Below, piece after piece: positions 18,406 to 28,037 of a stretch of DNA of 57,340 bases. Source of the DNA: an uncultured Candidatus Saccharibacteria bacterium (lineage in GTDB: Bacteria; Patescibacteriota; Minisyncoccia; Minisyncoccales; JANBVM01); assembly GCA_964514375.1 (NCBI GenBank), contig CAZEQH010000005.1:1-57340 (forward strand). The letters are read 5' to 3'. Position 1 is the stretch's first letter, and each line of letters opens with the position of its first letter. The notes beneath the pieces are model-generated. The model did not search any database, was not told the origin of the DNA, and saw nothing but the letters and a program-made list of their open reading frames with translations. The position numbers were made by a program, and so were the translations under genes.

Positions 18406-19710
18406 TTACTTAATAATCTCACCCGCTAAACCCCAGGGGAATGCTTTTATCACTTTCACTTGTGCGAAACTGCCCATCATTTTCCCGGAATTTTTTCTTC
18501 CCTTAGGGAAATACACTGTTTTATATGAGCTTGTTTTAGCGGAAAAGAATCTCTTTCCGTTCTTTACCACCTCTTCCATGACCAAAACCCTTACCTTCCG
18601 ACCGACGTATTTTTCATTCTGTTCCAGAGCGGTGTGCTTCAAGACGCGGGTTAACATTTTAAACCTGCTTTCCTTTTCTTCTTCCGGCACTCTATCTTTG
18701 ATTTTACCAGCCTTAGTATCCGGCCTTGCGGAATAGCGGGCGATATAAGCCATATCAAACTTTATTTTCTTGAACAGTTTTATTGTGTTCTGAAAATGTT
18801 TTTTGGTCTCTCCCGGAAATCCTACAATCACGTCGGTAGAAAGGGCGATGTCGGGAACGGTCTTTCTTATTTTGTTTACCAGGTTTGTGTATTTACTTGC
18901 AGTATAAGGTCTGTTCATTTTTTTCAATATTGTATCGTCACCCGACTGGACCGGAAGATTCAGGTATTTACCCAGTTTTTTAGAGGCATCCATTGCCTTT
19001 ATTAGTTCCTCGGAAAAGTCCTTGGGATTGGGGCTGGTAAACCTGAGCCAGAAATCTCCGGAGATTTCATTTATCTTTTTTAAAAGCTGCGGAAATCTTA
19101 CGGAAGAGTTTGTGGGGCTCTGATAATCGTTGACGTTTTGCCCTAAAAGCCATATTTCCCTGGCGCCTTCCGCAATCCATCTTTTTGCTTCCTTAATAAT
19201 CTTTTCATGAGGACGGCATACGAGAGGGCCGCGGGTATAGGGGACAACACAGTAGGAGCAGAGATTATTACATCCCGTGGAAATAGGTATAAAGGCCGAT
19301 ATCTTGCTTGAAGGGGTACAATTTTCAAGATATTCTGTCCTTGAATCAAGCTTTTGTAATTTAAGAAAATAGTTTTTTTCCTGCAGGAACTTAGACCAGG
19401 AAGGCAGGAATTTGATGGGCAGGATAAAATCAAAAAATTTCCGGAATTTTTTCTCATCTTTCTTTAAAATACAGCCCGTCAGTATGGTTTTAAGAAGCGG
19501 TTTTTTTTCTTCTAATTGCTGGAAAAGTGGTGCCAAGCCGAAAACCCGATCAACCGCAGACTGTCTTACAGAACACATATTAATGATAATTAAGTCAGCA
19601 GTCTCCATTCCAAAGGCTTTCTCGTATCCATCGTTCTTGAGAACGCACTCAATCTTCTCACTATCACTCTTATTCATCTGGCATCCGAAAGTTTTAATAT
19701 AGTACTTCAT
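18406..19710 (-). CDS. miaB: tRNA-i6A37 methylthiotransferase
   Basis: TFGCQMN, CNNLCSYCVVP radical SAM motif, PVQSG, IVGFPGET. Confidence 0.95.
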   Translation of the reverse strand: MKYYIKTFGCQMNKSDSEKIECVLKNDGYEKAFGMETADLIIINMCSVRQSAVDRVFGLAPLFQQLEEKKPLLKTILTGCILKKDEKKFRKFFDFILPIKFLPSWSKFLQEKNYFLKLQKLDSRTEYLENCTPSSKISAFIPISTGCNNLCSYCVVPYTRGPLVCRPHEKIIKEAKRWIAEGAREIWLLGQNVNDYQSPTNSSVRFPQLLKKINEISGDFWLRFTSPNPKDFSEELIKAMDASKKLGKYLNLPVQSGDDTILKKMNRPYTASKYTNLVNKIRKTVPDIALSTDVIVGFPGETKKHFQNTIKLFKKIKFDMAYIARYSARPDTKAGKIKDRVPEEEKESRFKMLTRVLKHTALEQNEKYVGRKVRVLVMEEVVKNGKRFFSAKTSSYKTVYFPKGRKNSGKMMGSFAQVKVIKAFPWGLAGEIIK

Positions 19711-19723
19711 AAGCTAATATCCC

Positions 19724-19789
19724 TTATTCATCCCTGCCCTGCACCGAATGGTGCGGATGACACCCGAATGTTTTAATGTAGTATTTCAT
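19724..19789 (-). pseudogene. Mini-ORF MKYYIKTFGCHPHHSVQGRDE duplicating the first 10 codons of miaB
   Basis: Read from the sequence: identical first 10 residues with 5 synonymous differences, then a GCACC/GGTGC hairpin and a stop. Confidence 0.75.
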
Positions 19790-19864
19790 AGCTTTCTCCC
19801 TTATTTATAGCAGAAAATGACTTTTTATAAAAAAAGAACACCAAAGAATTTCTTTGATGCGTAA

Positions 19865-20170
19865 TTATTTCTTCTTTCGGACAAATAGTACTATTATTGG
19901 CGCTAGTACCATCGTCCCTATTATTATTCCGGAATTACTTCCGGAAACATCGGCGTTAATCCGTACCATAACCATTATAAAAATTAGAACACTGAAGATC
20001 GTCAATCTTATTCGGTATCCCGCGTACATCAGCGACCCAATGATCATCACAACTAATCCTATTATGGCCATCTCCAATTTATTATCGAATATCGGGTAGA
20101 AGTTCGCCGCAAGAACAAGCATTCCTATGACGAACAGAAAAGAAGCGAATACTTTTGTTGCATTTCCCAT
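19865..20170 (-). CDS. Small hypothetical membrane protein (about 4 TM)
   Basis: ORF with hydrophobic segments. Confidence 0.6.
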   Translation of the reverse strand: MGNATKVFASFLFVIGMLVLAANFYPIFDNKLEMAIIGLVVMIIGSLMYAGYRIRLTIFSVLIFIMVMVRINADVSGSNSGIIIGTMVLAPIIVLFVRKKK

Positions 20171-20287
20171 TATTGATCACCAAAAATTTTAATTTGCTAC
20201 TTTCATATTATAACATATTTTTATCTTATAGTCAAACACATTGAAACAAAAAACAGCCCTTATACAGTGCTGTTTTTCCCATAAAAT

Positions 20288-22012
20288 TTACTTTTTCTTT
20301 TCTACTTCTTTCCTGGCTTTTTCTATGAACTTTTTCAATTTAAACTCACCCATATCTTTTCCTTTTTTTCTGGCTCTGATGGTTTTTGCCTTCATTTCCC
20401 TGTCTCCCACCACCAGCAGGTAGGGGATTTTCTGTATTTCCCCCTGCCTGATTTTTTTGGAAACGGTTTCACCGCCGTCTTTCAGCTGACAGCGGAATCC
20501 GGCTGCCTTTAATTCCTCAGCTATGACTTTGGCGTACTTTTTATGGACAGAGCCCACCGGTATGGCCCACATCTGCTCTGGTGCCAGCCAGAGAGGCAGG
20601 TTGCCTGCATAATTCTCCAGCAGCACACCTATAAACCTTTCCAAGGAACCGAGCAGGGCCCTGTGTATCATGTAAGGTCTTTCCTTGTTACCTTTTTGGT
20701 TAACGAACGTCATGTCAAATCTTTCCGGCAGGTTGAAGTCTATCTGGATGGTGGTACACTGCCATTCCCGTCCGATGGAATCCTTTACCTTAATGTCTAT
20801 CTTCGGCCCGTAAAATGCGCCGCCTCCTTTGTCTACGTGATAATCCAGCTTGTCTTTCTTCAGCACGTATTCCAGGGCGTTGGTGGCTTTTCCCCAACCC
20901 TTATCAGTGCCCACGTATTTTTCCGGCTTGGTGGAAAGGTAAAGTTTGCATTCCTTGAAGCCGAAGGTGCGGAAGATTTTAAGAGCCTGCCTGAGCAGTT
21001 TTGCCGTTTCCTCATTGAGTTGGTCGGCCCGGCACCAGATGTGGGCATCATCCTGGGTAAACCCTCTCACCCTAGTCAGTCCGTGCAGGACGCCTGACTT
21101 TTCGTAGCGGTAGACCGTTCCGAATTCCGCGTACTTGATGGGCATATCCTTATAGCTCCTGATTTCCGACTTGTATACCTTGATGTGGAATGGACAGTTC
21201 ATGGGTTTTATCAGGTACTGCTCGTCTTCCACCTGCATAGGAGAATAGAGATTTTCTCTGTAAAAATCCCAATGTCCGGAAGTCTTCCAGATATCTATTT
21301 TCCCGATGTGCGGGCTCACTATCCACTGATATCCATGAGCACTCAGTTCTTCGTAAAGATAGTCTTTGATAATTTTAAGCAGGATAGCTCCCTTGGGATG
21401 CCAGACGTGGAGGCCGGCTCCGATTTCTTCGTCAGAAAGAAATAGTTTCAGTTTGCTCCCCAACAGGCGGTGGTCTCTCTTTTCTGCTTCTTCCTGCATT
21501 CTGAGGTAATTGTCCAGCTCTTTCTTTTTTGCAAAGGCTACTCCGTAAATCCTCGTAAGCATGGGGTTTTTCTCACTGCCCTTCCAGTAAGCTCCGGCCA
21601 GACGGGTCAACTTGAAGGAATCACTATCAATTTCTTTGCTGGATTTTATGTGAGGGCCGCGGCATAGGTCCGTGAAGTCTCCGGACTGGTAAATCGTCAC
21701 CTCCTTGTCTTCCAGGTCGCGGATCAGCTCTTTTTTATAGGATTGGTCCTTGAAAATTTCGGCAGCTTCCTTTTTGCTGACCTTTTTCTTTTTGAAGGCA
21801 ATGTCCTTTTTTATAAGTGCCTTCATCCGTTTCTCAATCCTGGGGAGGTCTGAGGGCTTCAAACTCACCGGCAGGTCGAAATCATAATAGAAGCCGTTTT
21901 CTATGGCCGGTCCCATCCCGATTTTTGCTTTTGGGAACATTTCCAGGACAGCATAGGCCATGAGATGGGATAAGGAATGGCGCATGCTGTCTATTTTTGC
22001 TTTTTTATCCAT
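20288..22012 (-). CDS. thrS: Threonine--tRNA ligase
   Basis: HSLSHL, DLCRGPH, RDHR, KPMNCP, RVRGFTQDDAH, IHRALLGSLERF. Confidence 0.98.
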   Translation of the reverse strand: MDKKAKIDSMRHSLSHLMAYAVLEMFPKAKIGMGPAIENGFYYDFDLPVSLKPSDLPRIEKRMKALIKKDIAFKKKKVSKKEAAEIFKDQSYKKELIRDLEDKEVTIYQSGDFTDLCRGPHIKSSKEIDSDSFKLTRLAGAYWKGSEKNPMLTRIYGVAFAKKKELDNYLRMQEEAEKRDHRLLGSKLKLFLSDEEIGAGLHVWHPKGAILLKIIKDYLYEELSAHGYQWIVSPHIGKIDIWKTSGHWDFYRENLYSPMQVEDEQYLIKPMNCPFHIKVYKSEIRSYKDMPIKYAEFGTVYRYEKSGVLHGLTRVRGFTQDDAHIWCRADQLNEETAKLLRQALKIFRTFGFKECKLYLSTKPEKYVGTDKGWGKATNALEYVLKKDKLDYHVDKGGGAFYGPKIDIKVKDSIGREWQCTTIQIDFNLPERFDMTFVNQKGNKERPYMIHRALLGSLERFIGVLLENYAGNLPLWLAPEQMWAIPVGSVHKKYAKVIAEELKAAGFRCQLKDGGETVSKKIRQGEIQKIPYLLVVGDREMKAKTIRARKKGKDMGEFKLKKFIEKARKEVEKKK

Positions 22013-22105
22013 AATTTTAATTTAATAAATTATTTTAGCACAGCTGAGTGCCTTTACCCAGCATGACAATTTTCAGGGAAAAATCATTTGTCCGGGTTTA
22101 CAAAC

Positions 22106-22126
22106 AAAAACCTCTTTTTCAAGAGG
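22106..22126 (-). terminator. Attenuator terminator in the thrS leader
   Basis: Minus strand CCTCTT-GAAA-AAGAGG-TTTTT. Confidence 0.8.
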
Positions 22127-22159
22127 CCAGTTTTTTCATTGGACAAACCAGCCCCTTAA

Positions 22160-22210
22160 CTAAGAGGTAGTGGTAGTAGTGATTGCGTTGGTCAATGTTG
22201 GTGCCTTCAT
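22160..22210 (-). CDS. Thr-rich leader peptide MKAPTLTNAITTTTTS
   Basis: 16 codons, 7 Thr with 5 consecutive; lies upstream of thrS within alternative hairpins. Confidence 0.85.
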   Translation of the reverse strand: MKAPTLTNAITTTTTS

Positions 22211-22221
22211 AATCTTTTTTA

Positions 22222-22249
22222 ATTCTAAAATATTGTATTTTTTTGTCAA
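22222..22249 (-). promoter_or_regulatory. Promoter of the thrS leader
   Basis: TTGACA-16-TAGAAT on the minus strand. Confidence 0.6.
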
Positions 22250-22257
22250 TAAAAATT

Positions 22258-25200
22258 CTAAGCCTCTATTATTTCTTCGATGTCTTCACAGATGAGCTTG
22301 GGCTCATCACTTTTCCTGTCCAGTCTTCCAGAAACGAAAACCACCTTGTTTTCTATAAAGGCCGCAGGGTTTTTTTCTAAAATACTGGGGAATACCACGA
22401 CCTCTATTCGGTCTGAAAGGTCTTCCAGATTTACAAAAAGCATGGCCCGTCCTGACTTGGTTATTATCTTCTTAATTTTTGATATGATGCCTCCCAGGGT
22501 TACCTGATGTCTGGCAGGAGGAGCGTCGGGGAGGTCGGCTATCTGGACGGTTCTTTTATGCAAAATATCCTTGTAGTCTTCCAGGGGATGGGAGCTGACG
22601 AAAAGACCCAACAGCTCCTTTTCCCAGGACAACTTTTCCTTTTTGGCGGCCGGCTTGATGGGTCTTAAATGAATCTTATGAGCAAAGTCGCTCCCACCGA
22701 AAAGATTCTTCTGGCCTGATTCTTTCACCTTCTGGCTTTCCCTGTTGCTCTGCAGTATTTCCTCCAGGTTGTAGAGGAGGAGATTCCTTTCAGCCAGCTT
22801 GTCGAAAACGCCCGCCTTAATCATGCTTTCCATGGACTTCTTGTTTAGATTCTTGGAGTCTATTCTGGAGATAAAGTCGTCAATGGATTTGAAGTGGCCG
22901 TTTTTCTTTCTCTCCGCTATGATATTTTCAACGATATTCTCTCCTACATTTTTAATCGCCAGCAGTCCGAATCTTATTTTCTTTTTCATGGGGATTACCG
23001 TGAAGTTGCGCCAGCTTTCATTGGCGTCTGGAGGGAGTATTTCTATACCCATCTTCTTACACTCTCCGATAAGAAAACCTATTCTTTCAATGTCAGACTT
23101 TTCCGAGGTTAATAGGGCGGCCATAAAGGAAACAGGGTAATGGGATTTCAAGTAAGCTGTTTGATAGGCGATAATGGCATAGGCACAGCTGTGGCTCCTG
23201 TTGAATCCGTAGCTGGCAAAAGGCAAAATCCACTGCCATATCTTATTGGCTACAGAATCTGTGATGCCGTTTTCTCTCATTCCCTTTATCAGTTTTTCTT
23301 TCTGGTCCATCAGAAGTTCCTTTATTTTCTTCCCTACGGCTTTTCTCAGAATGTCAGCTTCAGCTAAGCTGAAACCCGCTATTTCCCGGGCGATGAGCAT
23401 CAGGTCTTCCTGATAAACCGGCAATCCATATGTCTTTTTTAGAATTTTTTCCAGTTTCGGATGGATGTACTCCACTTTTTCTTTTCCTTTTTTCCGGTTT
23501 ATGTACGAAGGAATCAGCGACATGGGTCCCGGCCGATAGAGAGCCACCATGGCCACGATGTCTTCGAACTCATTGGGCTTAAGCTGTTTCAGATAGCGCT
23601 GAAATCCTCCGGACTCCATCTGAAATACCCCTACGGTATTTCCCTTTTGCAGAAGCTTGTATGTTCTTAGGTCGTTTAAAGGCAGGTTTTCTATGTCCAC
23701 CTTCTTTTTCTTTGTGGCGTATATTCTGGCCAGGGTGTCCTCAATAATAGTTAGGTTTTTTAGGCCGAGAAAATCCATTTTCAGCAGCCCGATATCTTCC
23801 ACGGCATGCATTTCATATTGGGTTACTATACTGTTGTCATCTTGGGTAGGATGTTGTAGAGGCACGATAGTATCAAGCGGCTCCTTGGACATGACTACTC
23901 CGCAGGCGTGGGTAGATGCGTGCCTGGCCACACCCTCCATTTTCTTTGCAAAATCTATCAATTTTCCGGCCTGCTGGTCTGTTTCGTAGAGCTGCCTGAA
24001 TTCAGGCACCTTAGCCAGGGCTTCGTCCAAAGTGTATCCGAAGGGAATCATCTTGGCCACCCTGTCGCAGAAGCTGTAGGGCATGGCTAGTGCTCTTCCC
24101 ACGTCCCTGACTGCCGCTCTGGCCGCCATGGTTCCAAAGGTGATAATTTGCGCCACCCGGTCCCTCCCGTATTTGTTGGCTACGTATTCAATGACTTCAT
24201 CTCTTCTCCTGTCCGTGAAATCCAGGTCGATATCAGGCATTGATATCCTAGAAGGATTAAGGAATCTTTCAAACAGTAGGTTATATTTCAGCGGGTCTAT
24301 ACTGGTAATGCCCAGCAGGTATGAAACCAGAGAGCCTCCAACCGAGCCGCGTCCCGGTCCTACCACAATCCTCTGTTCCTTGGCCCAATTAACGAAATCC
24401 TGCACTATCAGAAAGTAGGAGGAAAATCCCATCTTTTTAATCATTTCCAATTCGTAATCCAGCCGTTCCTGTACTTCCTTGCCGGAAAAAGCTCCGAATT
24501 TTTTATTCAGCCCTTTCAGGCATAACTCTCTCAAATATTCATCTTCGGTTTTGTTGTCCGGTGTTTCGAAATAAGGAATTTTTGTTTTTCCGAGTACGAA
24601 CTCAAAATTACACATCTCTACTATCTTCTGAGTATTTTCTATAGCTTCGGGTACATCCCGGAAAGCTTCTATCATTTCTTCGGGCGACCTCAGTGAAAAA
24701 TCATCCGATTTCATGGTTATTCTTTCTGGGTCGTTGGGGTCAGCCCCCGTGTTTATCAGCATCAGCACATCCTGTGCTTCGGCATCTTCGTGCCTTAAAT
24801 AGTGAGAATCGTTTGTGGCTACCAGGGGAATATCGAGTTCTTTAGAAAACTTTATCAGTTGTTCATTAACTATTGCCTGCTCCTTAATGTGGGGATGGTG
24901 CTGCAGCTCCAGATAGAAGTTGCCTTTCCCTAAAATCTTTTGATATTTGAGAGCGGTCTTCTTAGCCTCCTCAATCTTACCTTTTAGTATCATCCGGGGT
25001 ACTTTTCCCGCAATGCAAGCCGATAGACCTATGAGGCCTGAAGCGTGTTTCTGTAGGAGCTCCTCGTCAATCCTGGGTTTATAATAAAATCCTTCCAGAT
25101 GTGCTTTGGTCAGAAGCTTAACAAGATTCTTATATCCCTCCTGATTCTTAGCCAAAAGAACCAGGTGATACCTGGCGTTGTCGATATTTGGCCTTTTTTG

Positions 25201-25428
25201 TTCCATTCCTTCGTAGGCCACGTACATTTCACAACCTATAATCGGCTTTATTCCCTTTTTTTTCGCTTTCTTGTAAAATTCTATGGCACCGTACAGGGCG
25301 CCGTGGTCGGTCAGGGCGAGAGAATCCATACCCAGTTCTTTGGCATATTCCAAAAGGTCATCTATCTTAGATAGCCCATCCAGTAAAGAATAGTGTGAGT
25401 GAACGTGTAGGTGAGTAAACTTTGACAT
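22258..25428 (-). CDS. dnaE: DNA polymerase III alpha subunit
   Basis: PHP HLHVHSHYSLLDG, GPGRGS, MPDIDLDF, LLKMDFLGL, YGFNRSH. Confidence 0.98.
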   Translation of the reverse strand: MSKFTHLHVHSHYSLLDGLSKIDDLLEYAKELGMDSLALTDHGALYGAIEFYKKAKKKGIKPIIGCEMYVAYEGMEQKRPNIDNARYHLVLLAKNQEGYKNLVKLLTKAHLEGFYYKPRIDEELLQKHASGLIGLSACIAGKVPRMILKGKIEEAKKTALKYQKILGKGNFYLELQHHPHIKEQAIVNEQLIKFSKELDIPLVATNDSHYLRHEDAEAQDVLMLINTGADPNDPERITMKSDDFSLRSPEEMIEAFRDVPEAIENTQKIVEMCNFEFVLGKTKIPYFETPDNKTEDEYLRELCLKGLNKKFGAFSGKEVQERLDYELEMIKKMGFSSYFLIVQDFVNWAKEQRIVVGPGRGSVGGSLVSYLLGITSIDPLKYNLLFERFLNPSRISMPDIDLDFTDRRRDEVIEYVANKYGRDRVAQIITFGTMAARAAVRDVGRALAMPYSFCDRVAKMIPFGYTLDEALAKVPEFRQLYETDQQAGKLIDFAKKMEGVARHASTHACGVVMSKEPLDTIVPLQHPTQDDNSIVTQYEMHAVEDIGLLKMDFLGLKNLTIIEDTLARIYATKKKKVDIENLPLNDLRTYKLLQKGNTVGVFQMESGGFQRYLKQLKPNEFEDIVAMVALYRPGPMSLIPSYINRKKGKEKVEYIHPKLEKILKKTYGLPVYQEDLMLIAREIAGFSLAEADILRKAVGKKIKELLMDQKEKLIKGMRENGITDSVANKIWQWILPFASYGFNRSHSCAYAIIAYQTAYLKSHYPVSFMAALLTSEKSDIERIGFLIGECKKMGIEILPPDANESWRNFTVIPMKKKIRFGLLAIKNVGENIVENIIAERKKNGHFKSIDDFISRIDSKNLNKKSMESMIKAGVFDKLAERNLLLYNLEEILQSNRESQKVKESGQKNLFGGSDFAHKIHLRPIKPAAKKEKLSWEKELLGLFVSSHPLEDYKDILHKRTVQIADLPDAPPARHQVTLGGIISKIKKIITKSGRAMLFVNLEDLSDRIEVVVFPSILEKNPAAFIENKVVFVSGRLDRKSDEPKLICEDIEEIIEA

Positions 25429-25558
25429 TGGAATTTAGTGAACGCCTGCTTTGGCATGGAGATAAAATTATGCCCTTTTGATTTTGAGCATTGTTTCATT
25501 TTACTTTCTTGTCTATGCTTCGTCAAATCATAAAAAACAGAGGAACTTTTTAGTTCCT

Positions 25559-25972
25559 CTAAGGGTCTTTTTTTTCAACCCTCCCTCTAATTTTAGGATT
25601 CCCGATTAGGGAATTTGTTATTATATTGTATCCTCTACCTGATTCGATCTCGGCGGCTTCAATGCTTTCTGCTTCTATAAATTGCCCTGCCTTTACTCTC
25701 CCGGCCTTCAAGAGTCCTTTTATCTTAATATGGCCTCCTGCGCTTATTAAAGCTTCATCAGCATTCATTATTAAGTCTCCTTCTATTTGCATGTTCCATT
25801 TTGTTTTTACCAGCCCTCCATCAACCGCCAAGTTTTTAGCTTTCAGCTCTAAGACCTCGAGGCTTGTTTCTACTTTGCAGTCTTGCTCAATTACTAGTAT
25901 GCTTTTCGGATTATATAATCCCAATAATGTTTTACTCCTTACTTTTCTTATATCTATAACCAACAATATCAC
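25559..25972 (-). CDS. Hypothetical protein with beta-helix (bactofilin-like) repeats
   Basis: Repeated I/V-x-A/G pattern (IKIKGLLKAGRVKAGQFIEAESIEA). Confidence 0.5.
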   Translation of the reverse strand: MILLVIDIRKVRSKTLLGLYNPKSILVIEQDCKVETSLEVLELKAKNLAVDGGLVKTKWNMQIEGDLIMNADEALISAGGHIKIKGLLKAGRVKAGQFIEAESIEAAEIESGRGYNIITNSLIGNPKIRGRVEKKDP

Positions 25973-26043
25973 TTTTAAAGGTTCTTTTTAATTAAAAAAT
26001 AAACTCATTGTTTTGTCAATGAGTGAAATAAAAAAGAGAAGGA

Positions 26044-26280
26044 TTATTGGAGAGGTTTCAAGATTACTTCCGGCAAATGTTCCGGAAAGACAGTGACGCT
26101 TGCAACCTCAAATTTGTTCGTTTTGAGGTTTATTTCTTCACCTATCCTTGCTGGTACAATAAGCTTCAGGTCTATCGCCACGTAATCTCCTTCTTCCAAT
26201 AATCCTTCCTTGGTAAAATTGGCGATGGGAATAATTTTCCCATCCATTTCCAGTCCGCTAATTAAATAACGATCTAGCAT
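26044..26280 (-). CDS. Small hypothetical protein, probably leaderless
   Basis: ATG at 26280 lies 8 nt downstream of a consensus -10; the track's TTG start is the -35 hexamer itself. Confidence 0.55.
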   Translation of the reverse strand: MLDRYLISGLEMDGKIIPIANFTKEGLLEEGDYVAIDLKLIVPARIGEEINLKTNKFEVASVTVFPEHLPEVILKPLQ

Positions 26281-26287
26281 GTCTACA

Positions 26288-26316
26288 ATTATAATATTAA
26301 AATACAATTTTGTCAA
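26288..26316 (-). promoter_or_regulatory. Consensus sigma70 promoter
   Basis: TTGACA-17-TATAAT on the minus strand. Confidence 0.8.
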
Positions 26317-26356
26317 GAAACTTCACCTAATCTGTTTTTCCCTTTATAATTGAGGA

Positions 26357-27055
26357 ATGGAATATCCCAACCTCTCAGAGGAAAAGAAATTGTGGAAGAA
26401 AGACTTTGATAGTGTAATAGGAATAGATGAAGCGGGCAGGGGACCTTTGGCCGGTCCTGTGATGGCCGCAGCCGTACTTATTAAATCAGATTTCAAACGC
26501 AGCGCCTCCGGCATTAAAAAGCTGACCTCAGACCTCAAAGTAAGAGACTCAAAATTGCTTTCAGAAAAAAAAAGAGAGGAGATTTACGATATTCTAATAC
26601 ATTATCCTCATATAGAATGGGGGATAGGAAGGGTTTCACACAAGGTGATAGACAGGATAAATATTTTACAGGCTACCCGTCTGGCTATGAAAAGGGCCGT
26701 TATAAATCTCAATAGAAAAATTGGCAGAGGTCCGACCTCTGTCAATTTAGCAGAGGCCCGTCCTCTGTCGGGCCGGGAGTTTCTTCTGCTGGACGGCCGC
26801 ATCACATTGGACTTGGATATTCCTCAGAAATCTATAGTCAATGCTGACCGCACCGTTTTTTCCTGTGCAGCAGCCTCCGTCATTGCCAAGGTGAGGCGGG
26901 ACCGGCTCATGAAAAAGTATGCTAAGATTTATCCAGAATACGGCTTTATTTTCCATAAGGGTTACGGCACCCGACTTCACTTTGAGAGACTGGAGAAGCA
27001 CGGTTCCTGCCCCATCCACAGAAAGTCTTTTAAGCCGGTTTCAAATATAGGGTGA
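26357..27055 (+). CDS. rnhB: Ribonuclease HII
   Basis: GIDEAGRGPLAGPV, RDSK, LDG, AAASVIAKV, HKGYGT, HRKSF. Confidence 0.97.
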   Translation: MEYPNLSEEKKLWKKDFDSVIGIDEAGRGPLAGPVMAAAVLIKSDFKRSASGIKKLTSDLKVRDSKLLSEKKREEIYDILIHYPHIEWGIGRVSHKVIDRINILQATRLAMKRAVINLNRKIGRGPTSVNLAEARPLSGREFLLLDGRITLDLDIPQKSIVNADRTVFSCAAASVIAKVRRDRLMKKYAKIYPEYGFIFHKGYGTRLHFERLEKHGSCPIHRKSFKPVSNIG

Positions 27056-27148
27056 TTAAAGGACAGGTATTGCCAAAGAATTGAGAATTTGTTATTCTTG
27101 TATTATATCTTTGGTCGAAATTTTTCATTTCGGCCCCGCTTAATTATC

Positions 27149-27445
27149 ATGCCGGCACCGAAAAAGAGAACAACCAAATCAAAGAGAGACAAAAGAAGAC
27201 AGCACATCTTTATCAAGAAGCCTGCTTTAGGAAAGTGTCCTAAATGCGGCAAAAGCATCATACATCATACGGTGTGCCCTTTTTGCGGCCATTACGCCGG
27301 CAGGGAAGTAATAGATGTTATGGCTAAGCTTAATAAGAAGGAGAAGAAAAAGAGAGAAAAAGAGATTAAGGAAAAAGAAAGAGAAGACAAAGGAATTTCT
27401 CCCAAGAAGAGGTCGTTGGATTGGAGATCTTTATCGCGAAAGTAA
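27149..27445 (+). CDS. rpmF: 50S ribosomal protein L32 with charged C-terminal extension
   Basis: [32 protein letters not shown]; ATG at 27149. Confidence 0.92.
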   Translation: MPAPKKRTTKSKRDKRRQHIFIKKPALGKCPKCGKSIIHHTVCPFCGHYAGREVIDVMAKLNKKEKKKREKEIKEKEREDKGISPKKRSLDWRSLSRK

Positions 27446-27452
27446 AAATTTT

Positions 27453-27941
27453 ATGGCTTCACGTCATCTTTCTCGTTCCATCGCCATGCAGTCACTCTAC
27501 GAGTGGGATTTTTCTGACCAGGAACCGGCCCTGGAAGGGTTGGTAGAAAGGAACCTGGAAGAATTCGGCCCCGGCCTGGAAGACCATGAGTTTGTCTGGA
27601 AACTGGTGACCGGAGTGATAGAGCACCTGAAGGAAATTAACGAAATCATCAAGAAAGCCGCTCCTCAGTGGCCCATTGCACAAATTTCCATTGTAGACAG
27701 GAATATTTTAAGGTTAGGAATTTATGAATTGCTGTATTCAGACAAAAAAGCGGTTCCTCCGAAAGTAGCCATTAACGAAGCCATAGAACTGGCCAAATCA
27801 TTCGGAGGAGAGAACTCAGGAAAGTTCATCAACGGAGTTCTGGGTACGGTTTATGAGCTGATAGCTCCCGAAGAGAGCTCCCAGAAAAAAGAAACAAAGA
27901 CTCCGCCAGCTGGCGGGGAGGAAAAAGAGTCAAACGAATAA
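27453..27941 (+). CDS. nusB: Antitermination factor NusB
   Basis: [40 protein letters not shown]. Confidence 0.95.
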   Translation: MASRHLSRSIAMQSLYEWDFSDQEPALEGLVERNLEEFGPGLEDHEFVWKLVTGVIEHLKEINEIIKKAAPQWPIAQISIVDRNILRLGIYELLYSDKKAVPPKVAINEAIELAKSFGGENSGKFINGVLGTVYELIAPEESSQKKETKTPPAGGEEKESNE

Positions 27942-28037
27942 AATAATAAATAATAAACAATAAACAATAAACTGGTGGTTGGTAGTTAATAGTTGAATCT
28001 CTTAGCTGCTAACTACAAACTACTAGTTTGAAAGTCT

